Under the pieces are notes generated by a model, which saw only the letters and a program-made list of their open reading frames with translations, was not told where the DNA came from and ran no database searches. DNA of 64,000 bases, from the sequence record PZ347775.1. The stretch is one strand, 5' to 3'. Below are positions 1-13,346 of this stretch, one piece after another. Position numbers and translations under genes: made by a program. This DNA is from a phage. Positions within the stretch are counted from its first letter, which is position 1, and every line of letters begins with the position of its first letter.

Positions 1-273
1 CATACCATTAACGGAAATCAATTTGTCAATAGAAAAGCCTCGCCATGCACCAAGCTCAACATCAAATACTGGAATCATATCAATAGATTCTTTCCGAGTA
101 GATTCAGTCAATTTACCGGTTTGCATAGTTGGCATAAAGTCAGCATCACGAGTGCCTTTCATAGTACGAATAGTACCATCAGACTTTTCAAAAACCACGT
201 TTGAAATACCCATGGACAATTTAGTTTTCAAAATTTCACGAATTGCTTGCTTCTGCTTAGTTGTCAGTTTCAT
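1..273 (-). CDS. hypothetical protein, 3' end cut by window edge
   Basis: Hand-read minus-strand frame (MKLTTKQKQAIREIL...) whose ATG abuts the stop of the next ORF at 274; runs off the window start; not in ORF track. Confidence 0.35.
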   Translation of the reverse strand, partial: MKLTTKQKQAIREILKTKLSMGISNVVFEKSDGTIRTMKGTRDADFMPTMQTGKLTESTRKESIDMIPVFDVELGAWRGFSIDKLISVNGM

Positions 274-510
274 TTATTTACCTATTACAGTTTTAATATG
301 GGTTGTTCCACGTTCTTTAAGAGTGGAAAGCAATTTTTGGCATTTTTCTAAATCAGATTTCCAACTATATGGTCTATCAATACAAACCCATTCTGACTTA
401 TAATACTGCTTCCATTTAGAGAAAAAATGTTTCTTATACTCTACAGCAAATGAAATATTCTCATTAGAATAAGAACTAATTGCTGTGAGTTGTACCAAAC
501 GAAATTTCAT
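274..510 (-). CDS. hypothetical protein (78 aa)
   Basis: ORF track; ATG overlaps cd stop (TAATG); same strand as flanking operon. Confidence 0.5.
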   Translation of the reverse strand: MKFRLVQLTAISSYSNENISFAVEYKKHFFSKWKQYYKSEWVCIDRPYSWKSDLEKCQKLLSTLKERGTTHIKTVIGK

Positions 511-1091
511 TATTCACCACAGAATTCGTTGATATTTTCCCAATTTAACTTATTCAAGTTTTTCTTAGGAACATTGAACACTTCAATACCTGCATTTCGC
601 AGAATATCATCCCAACCAGGTTTATTTTTATCATATGTTTCGCAATAAACCAGCTTTTTAATTCCAGATTGAGCGATCGCTTTTGCACAATCTGGGCAAG
701 GAGAAAGTGTTACATACATAGTAGCACCTTCAATTGAAGAACCGTTTCGCGCAGCAAACAAAATTGCATTTAGCTCAGCATGAATTTCATTTTTAGACGA
801 CCATTCAGAGTGAGCGCTGCGATGTTCTTTCGCCAAAACAAAACGATCAGTTGAACCAAACGATACACATTCGGGCTTATGACCTTGAATGATAGTATGT
901 TTAGGCTTATTCAGCAACCAACCTTGCTCAGCAGCATAATCACAACAGTTCACACCACCTGCCGGAGAACCGTTATATCCGGTAGAAATAATACGCCCAT
1001 TCTTTTCAATTACTGCTCCTACCTTCCAGGAGCAACATTTGGATTCTTGTGATACTAAATATGCAATTTGAAGTACTGTACTCGCTTTCAT
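510..1091 (-). CDS. cd: dCMP deaminase
   Basis: 193 aa; zinc deaminase motifs HAE...PCPDC; size and position as T4 Cd. Confidence 0.9.
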   Translation of the reverse strand: MKASTVLQIAYLVSQESKCCSWKVGAVIEKNGRIISTGYNGSPAGGVNCCDYAAEQGWLLNKPKHTIIQGHKPECVSFGSTDRFVLAKEHRSAHSEWSSKNEIHAELNAILFAARNGSSIEGATMYVTLSPCPDCAKAIAQSGIKKLVYCETYDKNKPGWDDILRNAGIEVFNVPKKNLNKLNWENINEFCGE

Positions 1092-1426
1092 TTCATAATC
1101 ACCAGATAAGCAGATTTAGCAGTTTCAACACGATAAATTTCATGACGAAGTTTAGTTATACTTTTAATAACAGAACTAATTATATTCTGCCCATCTTTAA
1201 AGCGGTTTTTCTTATCAATGAAAATTGCACCAGCCATCTTTTTGTGAAGCTCAACCGGATACTTCGTCACAATAATAGCATCATACACAGAAGGATGAAT
1301 ACTATTCACTAGAGTATCATTCATTAAAGTTATTCTAATGAACTGTGCTGTTTCAGAATCAAGCGCTCTATGATCGCCAGTATCGTTTTCAAGACAATTA
1401 TCAATTATATCAGTTAAATTCATCAT
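1088..1426 (-). CDS. hypothetical protein (112 aa)
   Basis: ORF track; ATGA-type overlap with neighbours; cd-pseT interval. Confidence 0.55.
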   Translation of the reverse strand: MMNLTDIIDNCLENDTGDHRALDSETAQFIRITLMNDTLVNSIHPSVYDAIIVTKYPVELHKKMAGAIFIDKKNRFKDGQNIISSVIKSITKLRHEIYRVETAKSAYLVIMK

Positions 1427-1659
1427 AGTACGCCATACACCCTTTGTGCTTCAACTAATCCATCAAAATCCAATTTGAGATGTGTTATTTGGTCACCATC
1501 ACCCGGATTCACAATTACTAATACTGAACGAGGAGTTTCGGTAATAACACGAACCGATGTTTCAGGAAATCGTTCAGAAACCTTATTTACTAATTCCTGA
1601 GCAAATAGTTTAACTTTTTCTTGGAATTCTTTAACAGTAATTGGTTTTTCGCTTAGCAT
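1423..1659 (-). CDS. hypothetical protein (78 aa)
   Basis: ORF track; tightly packed in minus-strand operon. Confidence 0.55.
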   Translation of the reverse strand: MLSEKPITVKEFQEKVKLFAQELVNKVSERFPETSVRVITETPRSVLVIVNPGDGDQITHLKLDFDGLVEAQRVYGVL

Positions 1660-2180
1660 GTTGATCCCAGCTCCTTACTTTCAACGTTTTTAACTAATTT
1701 GACAGAAACTAATTCGGCATCTTGGGTAATCATTACCGGGCCTTCTTCATACTCTTCAAGATATTCTAGAGCTTTCTTTTTAGCTTCTTCCTTCGTATCA
1801 GTTTGAGCATAGATATAAAACATACAACCAGTAATACCTACTACTTTCCACTTAATTTCTTTATCAGTTTTAATTTCAAATTTACTGATAGAGTCATCTT
1901 TTTGAACTTCTTCGAAAAAATAATATTCTGACATATAAGTAATTGAAAATAGCGGGCTATCTTTATAAGATTCGCCCATTACATCAACAGCTTTATACCA
2001 GCAATCGTCAATTTCGCGTTTAATGCTAATAACATTTTTCGCAGGATCTATTTTTACTTTAAATGAATTTTCCCCAATAAACTGAGCAATTCGTTTATTA
2101 GCCCCACAAGTTTCATTAAAAATATCTTTATATCCAGCTTTAAAGCGATAAACCTTATCTTCTTCAAACCATTTGCTCAT
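1653..2180 (-). CDS. hypothetical protein (175 aa)
   Basis: ORF track; preceded by early-promoter-like element and GAGGA SD. Confidence 0.6.
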   Translation of the reverse strand: MSKWFEEDKVYRFKAGYKDIFNETCGANKRIAQFIGENSFKVKIDPAKNVISIKREIDDCWYKAVDVMGESYKDSPLFSITYMSEYYFFEEVQKDDSISKFEIKTDKEIKWKVVGITGCMFYIYAQTDTKEEAKKKALEYLEEYEEGPVMITQDAELVSVKLVKNVESKELGSTC

Positions 2181-2210
2181 TTCAATTTCCTCATTTGTTT
2201 TGGTAGAGCT

Positions 2211-2240
2211 ATAATATCACAACTCTACCGTAAAGTAAAC
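2211..2240 (-). promoter_or_regulatory. sigma70 early promoter (GTTTAC -35, 18-nt spacer, TATTAT -10) overlapping a stem-loop
   Basis: Reverse complement reads GTTTAC-18nt-TATTAT upstream of ORF starting 2180; 7-bp inverted repeat ggtagag/ctctacc spans the -10. Confidence 0.5.
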
Positions 2241-2242
2241 TA

Positions 2243-2518
2243 TTAAATTGCTTTGAATTCTGATGTCTGCGATTCAAAACGAATATCGCCTTTGATAACT
2301 AACTCAGCATCAAGACCAAACACAACAATAATATGAGCAGAACCTGGATACAGAGTAATTGCAATAGAATCCACTTGGTCTGGAAGCAAAGCGTTCAATA
2401 CATGAGTCACTTGAGCGTGGATTCGAAGTTCAGCTGCATTATCAAGCTTTTCAAACATGTTATTAGCGATAATTTGGCTAAATACTACTTCTACGATTTT
2501 AGAATAAGTCGGAAACAT
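2243..2518 (-). CDS. hypothetical protein (91 aa)
   Basis: ORF track. Confidence 0.55.
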   Translation of the reverse strand: MFPTYSKIVEVVFSQIIANNMFEKLDNAAELRIHAQVTHVLNALLPDQVDSIAITLYPGSAHIIVVFGLDAELVIKGDIRFESQTSEFKAI

Positions 2519-2520
2519 AT

Positions 2521-2721
2521 TTACCTCACATAATTTTCTTCAAGCCAATCAATAACATCCAACGCATTATCAAAAGTTGAACCATCTACTTTGTCTTCTG
2601 TTTCATAATCAAGAACATCTAAGCCTACTCTTCCATCAACAATAGGCCATAGACAAAATAGATATTTCTTTTCTTTTTCAATTTTATCACAAAGTCGATA
2701 AATCTTTTCTATGTTATTCAT
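2521..2721 (-). CDS. hypothetical protein (66 aa)
   Basis: ORF track. Confidence 0.5.
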   Translation of the reverse strand: MNNIEKIYRLCDKIEKEKKYLFCLWPIVDGRVGLDVLDYETEDKVDGSTFDNALDVIDWLEENYVR

Positions 2722-2910
2722 AAGTTTTCCATGGTAAAGGCAGTTTAGTTTTCTTTACTGTTAGTTCAATATCAGGATTCTTTTCTCTTAATTTAAGGCA
2801 TTCCTCCCAAGCTCTTATTTCACTAGTGAATACACAAAATTGCCCATTACTAGTACCAACTAAACCACTATTTACAATAACAATAGACCAAGTTTCATGA
2901 TGCCACGCCA

Positions 2911-2911
<1 letters not shown>
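2714..2911 (-). CDS. hypothetical protein (about 65 aa)
   Basis: Track ORF 2714..2941 trimmed to internal Met (MAWHH...) so start overlaps pseT stop by 1 nt. Confidence 0.4.
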
Positions 2912-4136
<1,225 letters not shown>

Positions 4137-4139
4137 TTA

Positions 4140-4370
4140 TTATTTCTCAACCAATGATTGAATATAATCATGCAAGTCTTTAGATGCTTTACCCCACTTA
4201 TTTTGGTATTCATTTTTAAGATTAGCCCGAGATTGAGCTAATAAAACATCATTAGTTGGAGGTAAAGATTCTAACCGTTGAATCTGGCGTCCATAAATCA
4301 TTGCAGCCATCTCGGATTCATAAATCAATCCTTTGAGATGTTCAAATTGATGCCATGAAATCATTTGCAT
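4140..4370 (-). CDS. hypothetical protein (76 aa)
   Basis: ORF track. Confidence 0.5.
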   Translation of the reverse strand: MQMISWHQFEHLKGLIYESEMAAMIYGRQIQRLESLPPTNDVLLAQSRANLKNEYQNKWGKASKDLHDYIQSLVEK

Positions 4371-4660
4371 TTATCCTCTTTTAACTCTTGACGATAATAA
4401 CATATCATAGTTTTCTGATCATGTACATATCGTTTTACATCATTAAGCCAAATGCGAAATTCCTGGGAATCTTCAAATGGCATACCGACCCAAGCTTTAC
4501 CATCAATAACTTTAACTTGCCAAGATAGTTTAGCTTCATCATATGACTTTATTTGTACAGGCCAATTAGGATGAACTGTTTCTTTCTTTACTTCTAGAGG
4601 CTTTGTCGAACAACCAACTAGAAGACCAATAGATAATATTACTGCTGATAGTTTAATCAT
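4361..4660 (-). CDS. predicted lipoprotein (99 aa)
   Basis: N-terminal signal peptide ending in lipobox LLVGC. Confidence 0.55.
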   Translation of the reverse strand: MIKLSAVILSIGLLVGCSTKPLEVKKETVHPNWPVQIKSYDEAKLSWQVKVIDGKAWVGMPFEDSQEFRIWLNDVKRYVHDQKTMICYYRQELKEDKCK

Positions 4661-5010
4661 TTAGAAAGGTCCTGGATGTCTTCTGCGAACTTGTTGAAGG
4701 AGTTGTTGATTTGTTTTTCAACCAATCCTGGCTTATGAGCCACCACATCCGCCTTCTTTGCGTCTTTGCGCAGTTTTTCATTTTCACGCTCAATAGCAGC
4801 AATTGCCTCACGATTTTTATTATTCATCGCATCAATATAATTATACTGAATTCGCAAATTATCTAATGCTAAAGCGTTTTCATTGGCCGTTTTTGTAATT
4901 TCTACAACAGACGTTTCTAATCTTTCAATTTTACTTTTTAAAATTAAAGAAGTTCCGCCCAATGCAATTACAATTAATAGCAAGCCTGCTGTCGTATTAC
5001 TTAATTGCAT
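4657..5010 (-). CDS. membrane-anchored coiled-coil protein (117 aa)
   Basis: N-terminal hydrophobic helix followed by charged helical region. Confidence 0.55.
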   Translation of the reverse strand: MQLSNTTAGLLLIVIALGGTSLILKSKIERLETSVVEITKTANENALALDNLRIQYNYIDAMNNKNREAIAAIERENEKLRKDAKKADVVAHKPGLVEKQINNSFNKFAEDIQDLSK

Positions 5011-5504
5011 AAAGTTTTAATAACCTCTATAATATCGTCTTGAGAAAGACCGTTAATTAAAATATGATGTTCAGCCGGAGATTTAGAAATTTTAAAGCAT
5101 GCCTCAACATCTTCTGCCATATCTGATGCGCTACGATTTGGATTACTAATTCCAAGACGATGTTTTCCCGTCAAAGGATTAACGATGATATAGCATTTAC
5201 AGTTGTTAATATGAACATTAGGTTGAGTCTGATTAATGAACACATCACAATCATATTTCGCAAGCTGATTTTCTAAAAAGACTTTCATCTCCTCAACTGC
5301 ATCAGGAAGCATATCACGGGCTTGCTCAAGACGACGATTTCGATATTCTTTAATGGTCGTTTTCCGCTTGACTTGCTTAGCTAAATCTTTCTTAAGATCG
5401 GTGATATATCCAACTCGACGATTTCCTTTAAATACAGAAATCCCATCTGTAGTATCACCGTATGCTTCAACGACCATTTCAGTAGTAATAAGCTGTAAAT
5501 CCAT
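5001..5504 (-). CDS. alc: probable Alc (inhibitor of host transcription on cytosine DNA)
   Basis: 167 aa from second ATG (GAGGA SD 6 nt upstream); position between rnlA and pseT as in T4; no sequence recall, assignment by size and synteny. Confidence 0.55.
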   Translation of the reverse strand: MDLQLITTEMVVEAYGDTTDGISVFKGNRRVGYITDLKKDLAKQVKRKTTIKEYRNRRLEQARDMLPDAVEEMKVFLENQLAKYDCDVFINQTQPNVHINNCKCYIIVNPLTGKHRLGISNPNRSASDMAEDVEACFKISKSPAEHHILINGLSQDDIIEVIKTLCN

Positions 5505-5568
5505 CATAAAGTCCTCATGTTATGTCAGTAAGACTACTGTAACACAACACGAGGGACTTGTAAACAGC

Positions 5569-7156
<1,588 letters not shown>

Positions 7157-7163
7157 AATAAAA

Positions 7164-7179
7164 TGGGCCTTGCGGCCCA
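7164..7179 (-). promoter_or_regulatory. GC stem-loop with GCAA tetraloop in nrdB-denA junction
   Basis: tgggcc-ttgc-ggccca inverted repeat; on the mRNA a 6-bp stem with GNRA loop just upstream of the denA start. Confidence 0.4.
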
Positions 7180-7183
7180 CTCC

Positions 7184-8362
7184 TTAAAAATATTTTTTAA
7201 AACTCATCATAACTTTATCATCAACGTCATTATCAATCTGTGCTACAAGATAAGATGACAGTTCTACTTCTTGTGGCGCGGATTGAACATTATCAGAATT
7301 AAGATATTCACGAATCCAAGGATACGGATGTTTAACCGGAGCATCAGTAATTGGGCATGGAAGACCACACTGTTTCATACGAGATACAGTTAAGTAATCA
7401 ATAAAGCTCCACATGCTATTTGTATTTAATCCAGGAACATCGCCATCTTTAAATAAATGAACTGCCCAATCTTTTTCTTGGCGGTTAACTTCCATGAAAA
7501 TATCAACTGCTTCTTGTTCACACTCTTGAGCAATTTTAACCCATTCATCGCCATCAGTACCGGATTGAAGTTGACGAATAATATATTGGGTGCCTTTAAG
7601 GTGAAGCTGCTCATCACGTGCAATGAACTTCATAATCTTGGCATTACCTTCCATGATTTCCATGTTCTTATGGAAGTTAAAGGTACATGCGAAAGATACA
7701 TAAAAACGAATAGCTTCCAATGCGTTGATTACATGCAGGCAGAGGTAAAGAGATTTCATTAGTGCTCGTTTAGCTTCGGCTTCTTGTTTAATAGCTCGAT
7801 TTAAACGAAAATCAGCATCAGGAGATTCTTTAGCTAGTTCTACGAATTCTTTAGCATTTTCCCATTCACGGGTCTTCTTAAGAACATCATCGTAGTAGCG
7901 ACCAATGGACTCGGCACGTTTCATAATATCTTCATCTAATACAATCTCATCAAATACCTTTGACGGATCAGTATAAAGATTTCGCATAATATGAGTATAT
8001 GAACGGCTGTGAATAGTTTCGCTAAAAGTCCATGTAGCAACCCATGTATCAAGACTTGGGTCTGAAATTAACGACATAAGTACAGCAGATGGCGCACGAC
8101 CCTGAATGCTATCTAGAAGTGATTGATACTTCAGATTATTAGTAAAAATATCTTGCTGATATTGAGGAAGCTTGTTAAATTGTGCAGCATCCATCATTAA
8201 GTTTACTTCTTCAGGACGCCAGAAAAATGATAATTGCTTTTCGGTTAAATCTTCAAAAACTTTATGGCGTTGAATATCATAACGTGCAATACCAAGACCT
8301 GAACCGAAGAACATAGGTTCTTTTAAAACATCAACTGGATTTGTATTAAAAACTGTGCTCAT
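7184..8362 (-). CDS. nrdB: ribonucleotide reductase small subunit (intron-less)
   Basis: 392 aa uninterrupted ORF; size and position as class Ia NrdB of T4. Confidence 0.9.
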   Translation of the reverse strand: MSTVFNTNPVDVLKEPMFFGSGLGIARYDIQRHKVFEDLTEKQLSFFWRPEEVNLMMDAAQFNKLPQYQQDIFTNNLKYQSLLDSIQGRAPSAVLMSLISDPSLDTWVATWTFSETIHSRSYTHIMRNLYTDPSKVFDEIVLDEDIMKRAESIGRYYDDVLKKTREWENAKEFVELAKESPDADFRLNRAIKQEAEAKRALMKSLYLCLHVINALEAIRFYVSFACTFNFHKNMEIMEGNAKIMKFIARDEQLHLKGTQYIIRQLQSGTDGDEWVKIAQECEQEAVDIFMEVNRQEKDWAVHLFKDGDVPGLNTNSMWSFIDYLTVSRMKQCGLPCPITDAPVKHPYPWIREYLNSDNVQSAPQEVELSSYLVAQIDNDVDDKVMMSFKKYF

Positions 8363-8413
8363 AAATTTTCCGCTTAGTTAATAGATAGTGACTCGTCCGT
8401 GAGTCAAATTATA

Positions 8414-10678
8414 TCATAATTTACAGGATGAACAATCTTCAGCTTTTGGAGTTTCTATTTCATAATCATCAGTACCAGAACCATCGCGGGTATTATGATA
8501 ATAGAAATTTTTTCCGCCAAAATACCAAAAGTACAAAAGGTCATCAATCATTACAGACATTGGAACCTTTCCTTTTGGAAAAATCTGCGGGTCATAATAT
8601 GTATTCGCTGAAGCTGATTGACACACCCATTTAAGCATAATAGCTACTTGCGTAAGATAAGGTTTATTACCTTTCTTAGCTAATTTCCACGTATAATCAT
8701 AGAGGTCTATGTTATGCTCAATATTGGGCACGACTTGATTAAAGGAACCCTCTTTTGATTCTTTAACAGAGACTGGTCCACGTGGAGGCTCGATACCGTT
8801 TGTACTGTTAGAAACTTGGGAAGATGACTCACATGGCATAAGTGCTGATAATGTGCTATTACGGATGCCAAAGAGCTTAAGGTCTTCCCGCAGCGACGAC
8901 CAGTCACAAACGTATTTTGGAGCTGCGATTTGGTCAATCTTTTTATTGTACCAGTCGATAGGTAATTCGCCTCGAGACCAACGAGTGTCTGAATAATACT
9001 CGCAAGGTCCTTTTTCTTTGGCGAGCTTAATGGATGCTTTAATGAGTCCATACTGTAATCTCTCAAATAGTTCATGTGTTAAATCGTTAGCATCTTCATA
9101 AGAAGCAAAGTTACTTGCCAGCCAAGCTGCATAGTTAGTAACACCTACACCAAGATTTCGACGCTTTTTAGCTTTTTCTGCTTCAGGAACTGGATATCCT
9201 TGGTAATCCAAAAGATTATCAAGAGCACGAACTTGAACTTCTGCCAATTCATTAATTTTATCTTGGTCTTGCCAATCAAAGTTATCTAACACAAATGCAG
9301 ATAACGTACACAATCCAATTTCAGCATCAGGACTATTCACGTCATTTGTTGGAATAGCAATTTCACAACACAAGTTACTCTGACGAATAGGTGCCTTTTC
9401 ACGAATAAATGGAGTATAGTTATTCGTATTATCAATGAACTGTACATAAATCCTTGCTGTTCCTGAGCGTTCAGTCATGAGTAATTCAAACAGTTCACGG
9501 GCTTTAATACGCTTTTTACGAATATTAGGGTCTTTTTCTGCGGCTTCATATAATTCACGGAAACGGTCTTGGTCTTTAAAATAAGAATAATAAAGCTCGC
9601 CACCTATTTCATGTGGACTGAACAAAGTAATGTAGTCGTTCTTTCCAAAACGTTCCATCATCAAATCATTCAGCTGGACGCCATAATCCATATGACGGAT
9701 ACGGTTTTCTTCTACGCCTTTGTTATTTTTCAAAACGAGAAGATTTTCAACTTCCAAATGCCAAATAGGATAATAAGCAGTAGCAGCGCCGCCACGAATT
9801 CCACCCTGTGAGCATGATTTAACAGCAGTCTGAAAATGTTTCCAAAAAGGAATAACACCAGTATGACGCACTTCACCTGTGCCAATCTTAGAACCTTCGG
9901 CACGAATCATACCAACGTTAATACCAATTCCAGCGCGTTTGGAGATATATTCAACAATTGAAGCGGAAGCCTTATTGATAGACTTTAATGAATCACCTGC
10001 CTCAATAACAACGCATGAACTAAACTGTCGAGTCGGAGTACGACATCCAGCCATAATAGGAGTTGGTAATGAAATCTGTCGAGTAGATACCGCTTCATAA
10101 AAACGAATAATGTGTTTTAATCTATCAACAGGTTCATCTTGATGCAATGCCATTCCAATAGTCATAAATGCAAACTGTGGAGTTTCATAAATTTGACCAG
10201 TGGTTTTATCTTTAACTAGATATTTTTCTTTTAATTGCATCGCCCCGGAATAAGTAAATTCCATATCCCGCTCATGCTTAATTTTTGATTCTAAAAATGT
10301 AATTTCTTCAGCAGAATATTTTGACAACAGTTCAGGGTCATATTTACCTTCATTTACACAGTAAGAAATATGATCAATAAATGAACGTGGTTCATATTGC
10401 CCATAAACATGCTTACGAAGAGCGAACATTAAACAGCGAGCGGCTACGTATTGATAATCAGGCTCTTCAACTGAAATAGAATTCGCAGCAGCCTTAATTA
10501 CAATGGTTTGAATGTCATCAGTGGTCATTCCATCACGGAGATATGATTTAATATTTTCATATAATTCATAAGGATCTACAGATGTTCCTTCAGCTGCCCA
10601 GGATAAAACTTTAATAATTTTTTGCGGGTCAAAGCTCTGAGAAACACCACTACTTTTGATAACATTAATTAATTGCAT
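8414..10678 (-). CDS. nrdA: ribonucleotide reductase large subunit
   Basis: 754 aa; active-site region NLCCEIA; C-terminal Cys pair CSSCKL. Confidence 0.95.
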   Translation of the reverse strand: MQLINVIKSSGVSQSFDPQKIIKVLSWAAEGTSVDPYELYENIKSYLRDGMTTDDIQTIVIKAAANSISVEEPDYQYVAARCLMFALRKHVYGQYEPRSFIDHISYCVNEGKYDPELLSKYSAEEITFLESKIKHERDMEFTYSGAMQLKEKYLVKDKTTGQIYETPQFAFMTIGMALHQDEPVDRLKHIIRFYEAVSTRQISLPTPIMAGCRTPTRQFSSCVVIEAGDSLKSINKASASIVEYISKRAGIGINVGMIRAEGSKIGTGEVRHTGVIPFWKHFQTAVKSCSQGGIRGGAATAYYPIWHLEVENLLVLKNNKGVEENRIRHMDYGVQLNDLMMERFGKNDYITLFSPHEIGGELYYSYFKDQDRFRELYEAAEKDPNIRKKRIKARELFELLMTERSGTARIYVQFIDNTNNYTPFIREKAPIRQSNLCCEIAIPTNDVNSPDAEIGLCTLSAFVLDNFDWQDQDKINELAEVQVRALDNLLDYQGYPVPEAEKAKKRRNLGVGVTNYAAWLASNFASYEDANDLTHELFERLQYGLIKASIKLAKEKGPCEYYSDTRWSRGELPIDWYNKKIDQIAAPKYVCDWSSLREDLKLFGIRNSTLSALMPCESSSQVSNSTNGIEPPRGPVSVKESKEGSFNQVVPNIEHNIDLYDYTWKLAKKGNKPYLTQVAIMLKWVCQSASANTYYDPQIFPKGKVPMSVMIDDLLYFWYFGGKNFYYHNTRDGSGTDDYEIETPKAEDCSSCKL

Positions 10679-10995
10679 AAGTCCTCAACTTGAAAATCGT
10701 CTTTAAACAATCGGTTAACTATATGAGCTATTATATCACCATGACACGGCTTTGGTTTACATGTGCATCCTAGCCTCATTCCACGTAAAGGCTCTAAATG
10801 TGCTTTAGTTATTTCTCCGGATTTAATTCGACGTATAAAATCTTTTTTGAATAATTCAATGGCAGCCTCCCGGCTGCCAGCATCTTTACCGACGTAATTT
10901 CCCCAAAATGTACCACGGTGAATATTAACATCAAAGTCGGATTTATATTTATTCACTACCCGACATAGACGGCCCGCGTGGTAATAATTCGTCAT
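10669..10995 (-). CDS. hypothetical protein (108 aa) with Cys/His cluster
   Basis: ORF track; motif [12 protein letters not shown]; overlaps nrdA start by 10 nt. Confidence 0.55.
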   Translation of the reverse strand: MTNYYHAGRLCRVVNKYKSDFDVNIHRGTFWGNYVGKDAGSREAAIELFKKDFIRRIKSGEITKAHLEPLRGMRLGCTCKPKPCHGDIIAHIVNRLFKDDFQVEDLCN

Positions 10996-11212
10996 ATTGT
11001 TTTTCCGTTAAAACAGTAATATCATAATAACAATCAGAAGAAGTTTTAACTGTAGAAATTTTATTATCAAAATACTCACGAGTCATTTTATGAGTATAAT
11101 ATTTTTTGCCATAAATGATAATAGGCTGTTCTGGTCCTGGAACTTCTAACTCGCTTGGATTAGGAAGTGTAAAAAGAACGACACCAGAAGTATCCTTAAA
11201 TCGTAAAATCAT
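10949..11212 (-). CDS. hypothetical protein (about 87 aa)
   Basis: Track ORF 10949..11224 trimmed to first ATG (MILRFK...) with GAGAGGA SD; overlaps previous ORF in another frame. Confidence 0.45.
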   Translation of the reverse strand: MILRFKDTSGVVLFTLPNPSELEVPGPEQPIIIYGKKYYTHKMTREYFDNKISTVKTSSDCYYDITVLTEKQYDELLPRGPSMSGSE

Positions 11213-11235
11213 ATATCCTCTCAATTAAATTAAAA

Positions 11236-12096
11236 TTACACCGCCATCTTTCCTTTCAATACACCGTGGGACTGATAATCTTTGAGAACGAAATCCCGTG
11301 CTGTCATATATTCAGTTAACCAATACATTTGAGTTTCAGTATCGCATTGACTGAATCCATTAGGCCAATTAATACTGAGTTTGCATAGATCCATAGGAGT
11401 TCTATTTAATATCTCTTTGCATTGCTCAATATGGTTAGAATAAATGTGTGTATTACCACCCGAGAATACCAAATCGCCCGGAACTAGTTCACACATATCA
11501 GCAACAATATGTAAAAGAGCAGCATAACTCGCGATGTTAAATGGAAGACCGAGGAAAACATCTACCGAACGTTGATACCATTGGAGGTCAAGGTATCCGT
11601 TACGCACATTAAACTGATAGAACATATGACAAGGTGGTAATGCCATCTGCTTGAGTTCAGCTGGATTCCATGCCGACACAATTTGGCGTCTATCATTGGG
11701 AAATGTTTTAATACGATTAACAACTTCTACAATTTGATCTACACCACCAAAATCACGCCACTGTTTTCCGTAAATTGGACCAAGTTCACCGCTATGATAA
11801 CCTAAGTCTTTGGCCTGGTTTTCGTAGTTTTCATCCCAAATTGTTTTTCCTGCAATTAAAGATCCATGAGTACGTTGACGTAAATCATTTACGTTAGTAC
11901 TTCCTGATAAGAACCACAATAACTCAGAAATACATGCATTCCAGGCGAGCTTCTTAGTTGTTACTGCAGGAAAACCTTTAGTTAAATCCCAGCGTAATTT
12001 AGTACCGAACAAAGCAATTGTTCCTGTGCCCGTTCGGTCATCGGTTTCATAGCCATTTTCAAAAATGTTTTTAATTAAATCTTGGTATTGTTTCAT
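11236..12096 (-). CDS. td: thymidylate synthase (intron-less)
   Basis: 286 aa continuous ORF; catalytic Cys motif PPCH; ThyA-like throughout. Confidence 0.95.
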   Translation of the reverse strand: MKQYQDLIKNIFENGYETDDRTGTGTIALFGTKLRWDLTKGFPAVTTKKLAWNACISELLWFLSGSTNVNDLRQRTHGSLIAGKTIWDENYENQAKDLGYHSGELGPIYGKQWRDFGGVDQIVEVVNRIKTFPNDRRQIVSAWNPAELKQMALPPCHMFYQFNVRNGYLDLQWYQRSVDVFLGLPFNIASYAALLHIVADMCELVPGDLVFSGGNTHIYSNHIEQCKEILNRTPMDLCKLSINWPNGFSQCDTETQMYWLTEYMTARDFVLKDYQSHGVLKGKMAV

Positions 12097-12141
12097 TTAG
12101 TACCTTATATAAATTATAATACATTTTATGAAGCTAAATAA

Positions 12142-12489
12142 TCAATACGGTTTAGCATCAAATTTTCTTTCAACTTCAGGTGTGAAATATAATTCTTTAC
12201 CACGTTTGGAAAAGCGACCAATAATATGATAATTATTCTCATCAAACGTAATATTGCCAATATCCATAGCTTTCAACCAAATATCGATATTTCTGTCAAG
12301 CTTTATATCAAAATTCCAATACGGAGAACTATTACCGAAAATACTGCAAGCGGATTCAGTGAAACAACTGCTATAAATCTTGTCTTTAGGAACTACTAAT
12401 TGATAGACGCCTTTAATAAACTGAGGACCCTGCCATTTTGGTTGTTTCGCGTCTTTTTCTAATAGAATAGGGTAATAATTAAAATTCAT
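12142..12489 (-). CDS. hypothetical protein (115 aa) between frd and td
   Basis: ORF track; ATG start; no recognisable motif. Confidence 0.6.
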   Translation of the reverse strand: MNFNYYPILLEKDAKQPKWQGPQFIKGVYQLVVPKDKIYSSCFTESACSIFGNSSPYWNFDIKLDRNIDIWLKAMDIGNITFDENNYHIIGRFSKRGKELYFTPEVERKFDAKPY

Positions 12490-12508
12490 ATTTTCCGCCA
12501 GTGTTATT

Positions 12509-13338
<830 letters not shown>

Positions 13339-13346
13339 TTTATCTC

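Noticed and set aside
23-403. Plus-strand ORFs in the track that lie antisense to minus-strand genes (for example 23..403, 1049..1312, 3311..3709, 7457..7762, 14851..15330, 40691..41134, 62922..63266)
   Set aside because: They overlap well-supported genes on the opposite strand, lack ribosome-binding sites and have low-complexity translations; treated as antisense artefacts
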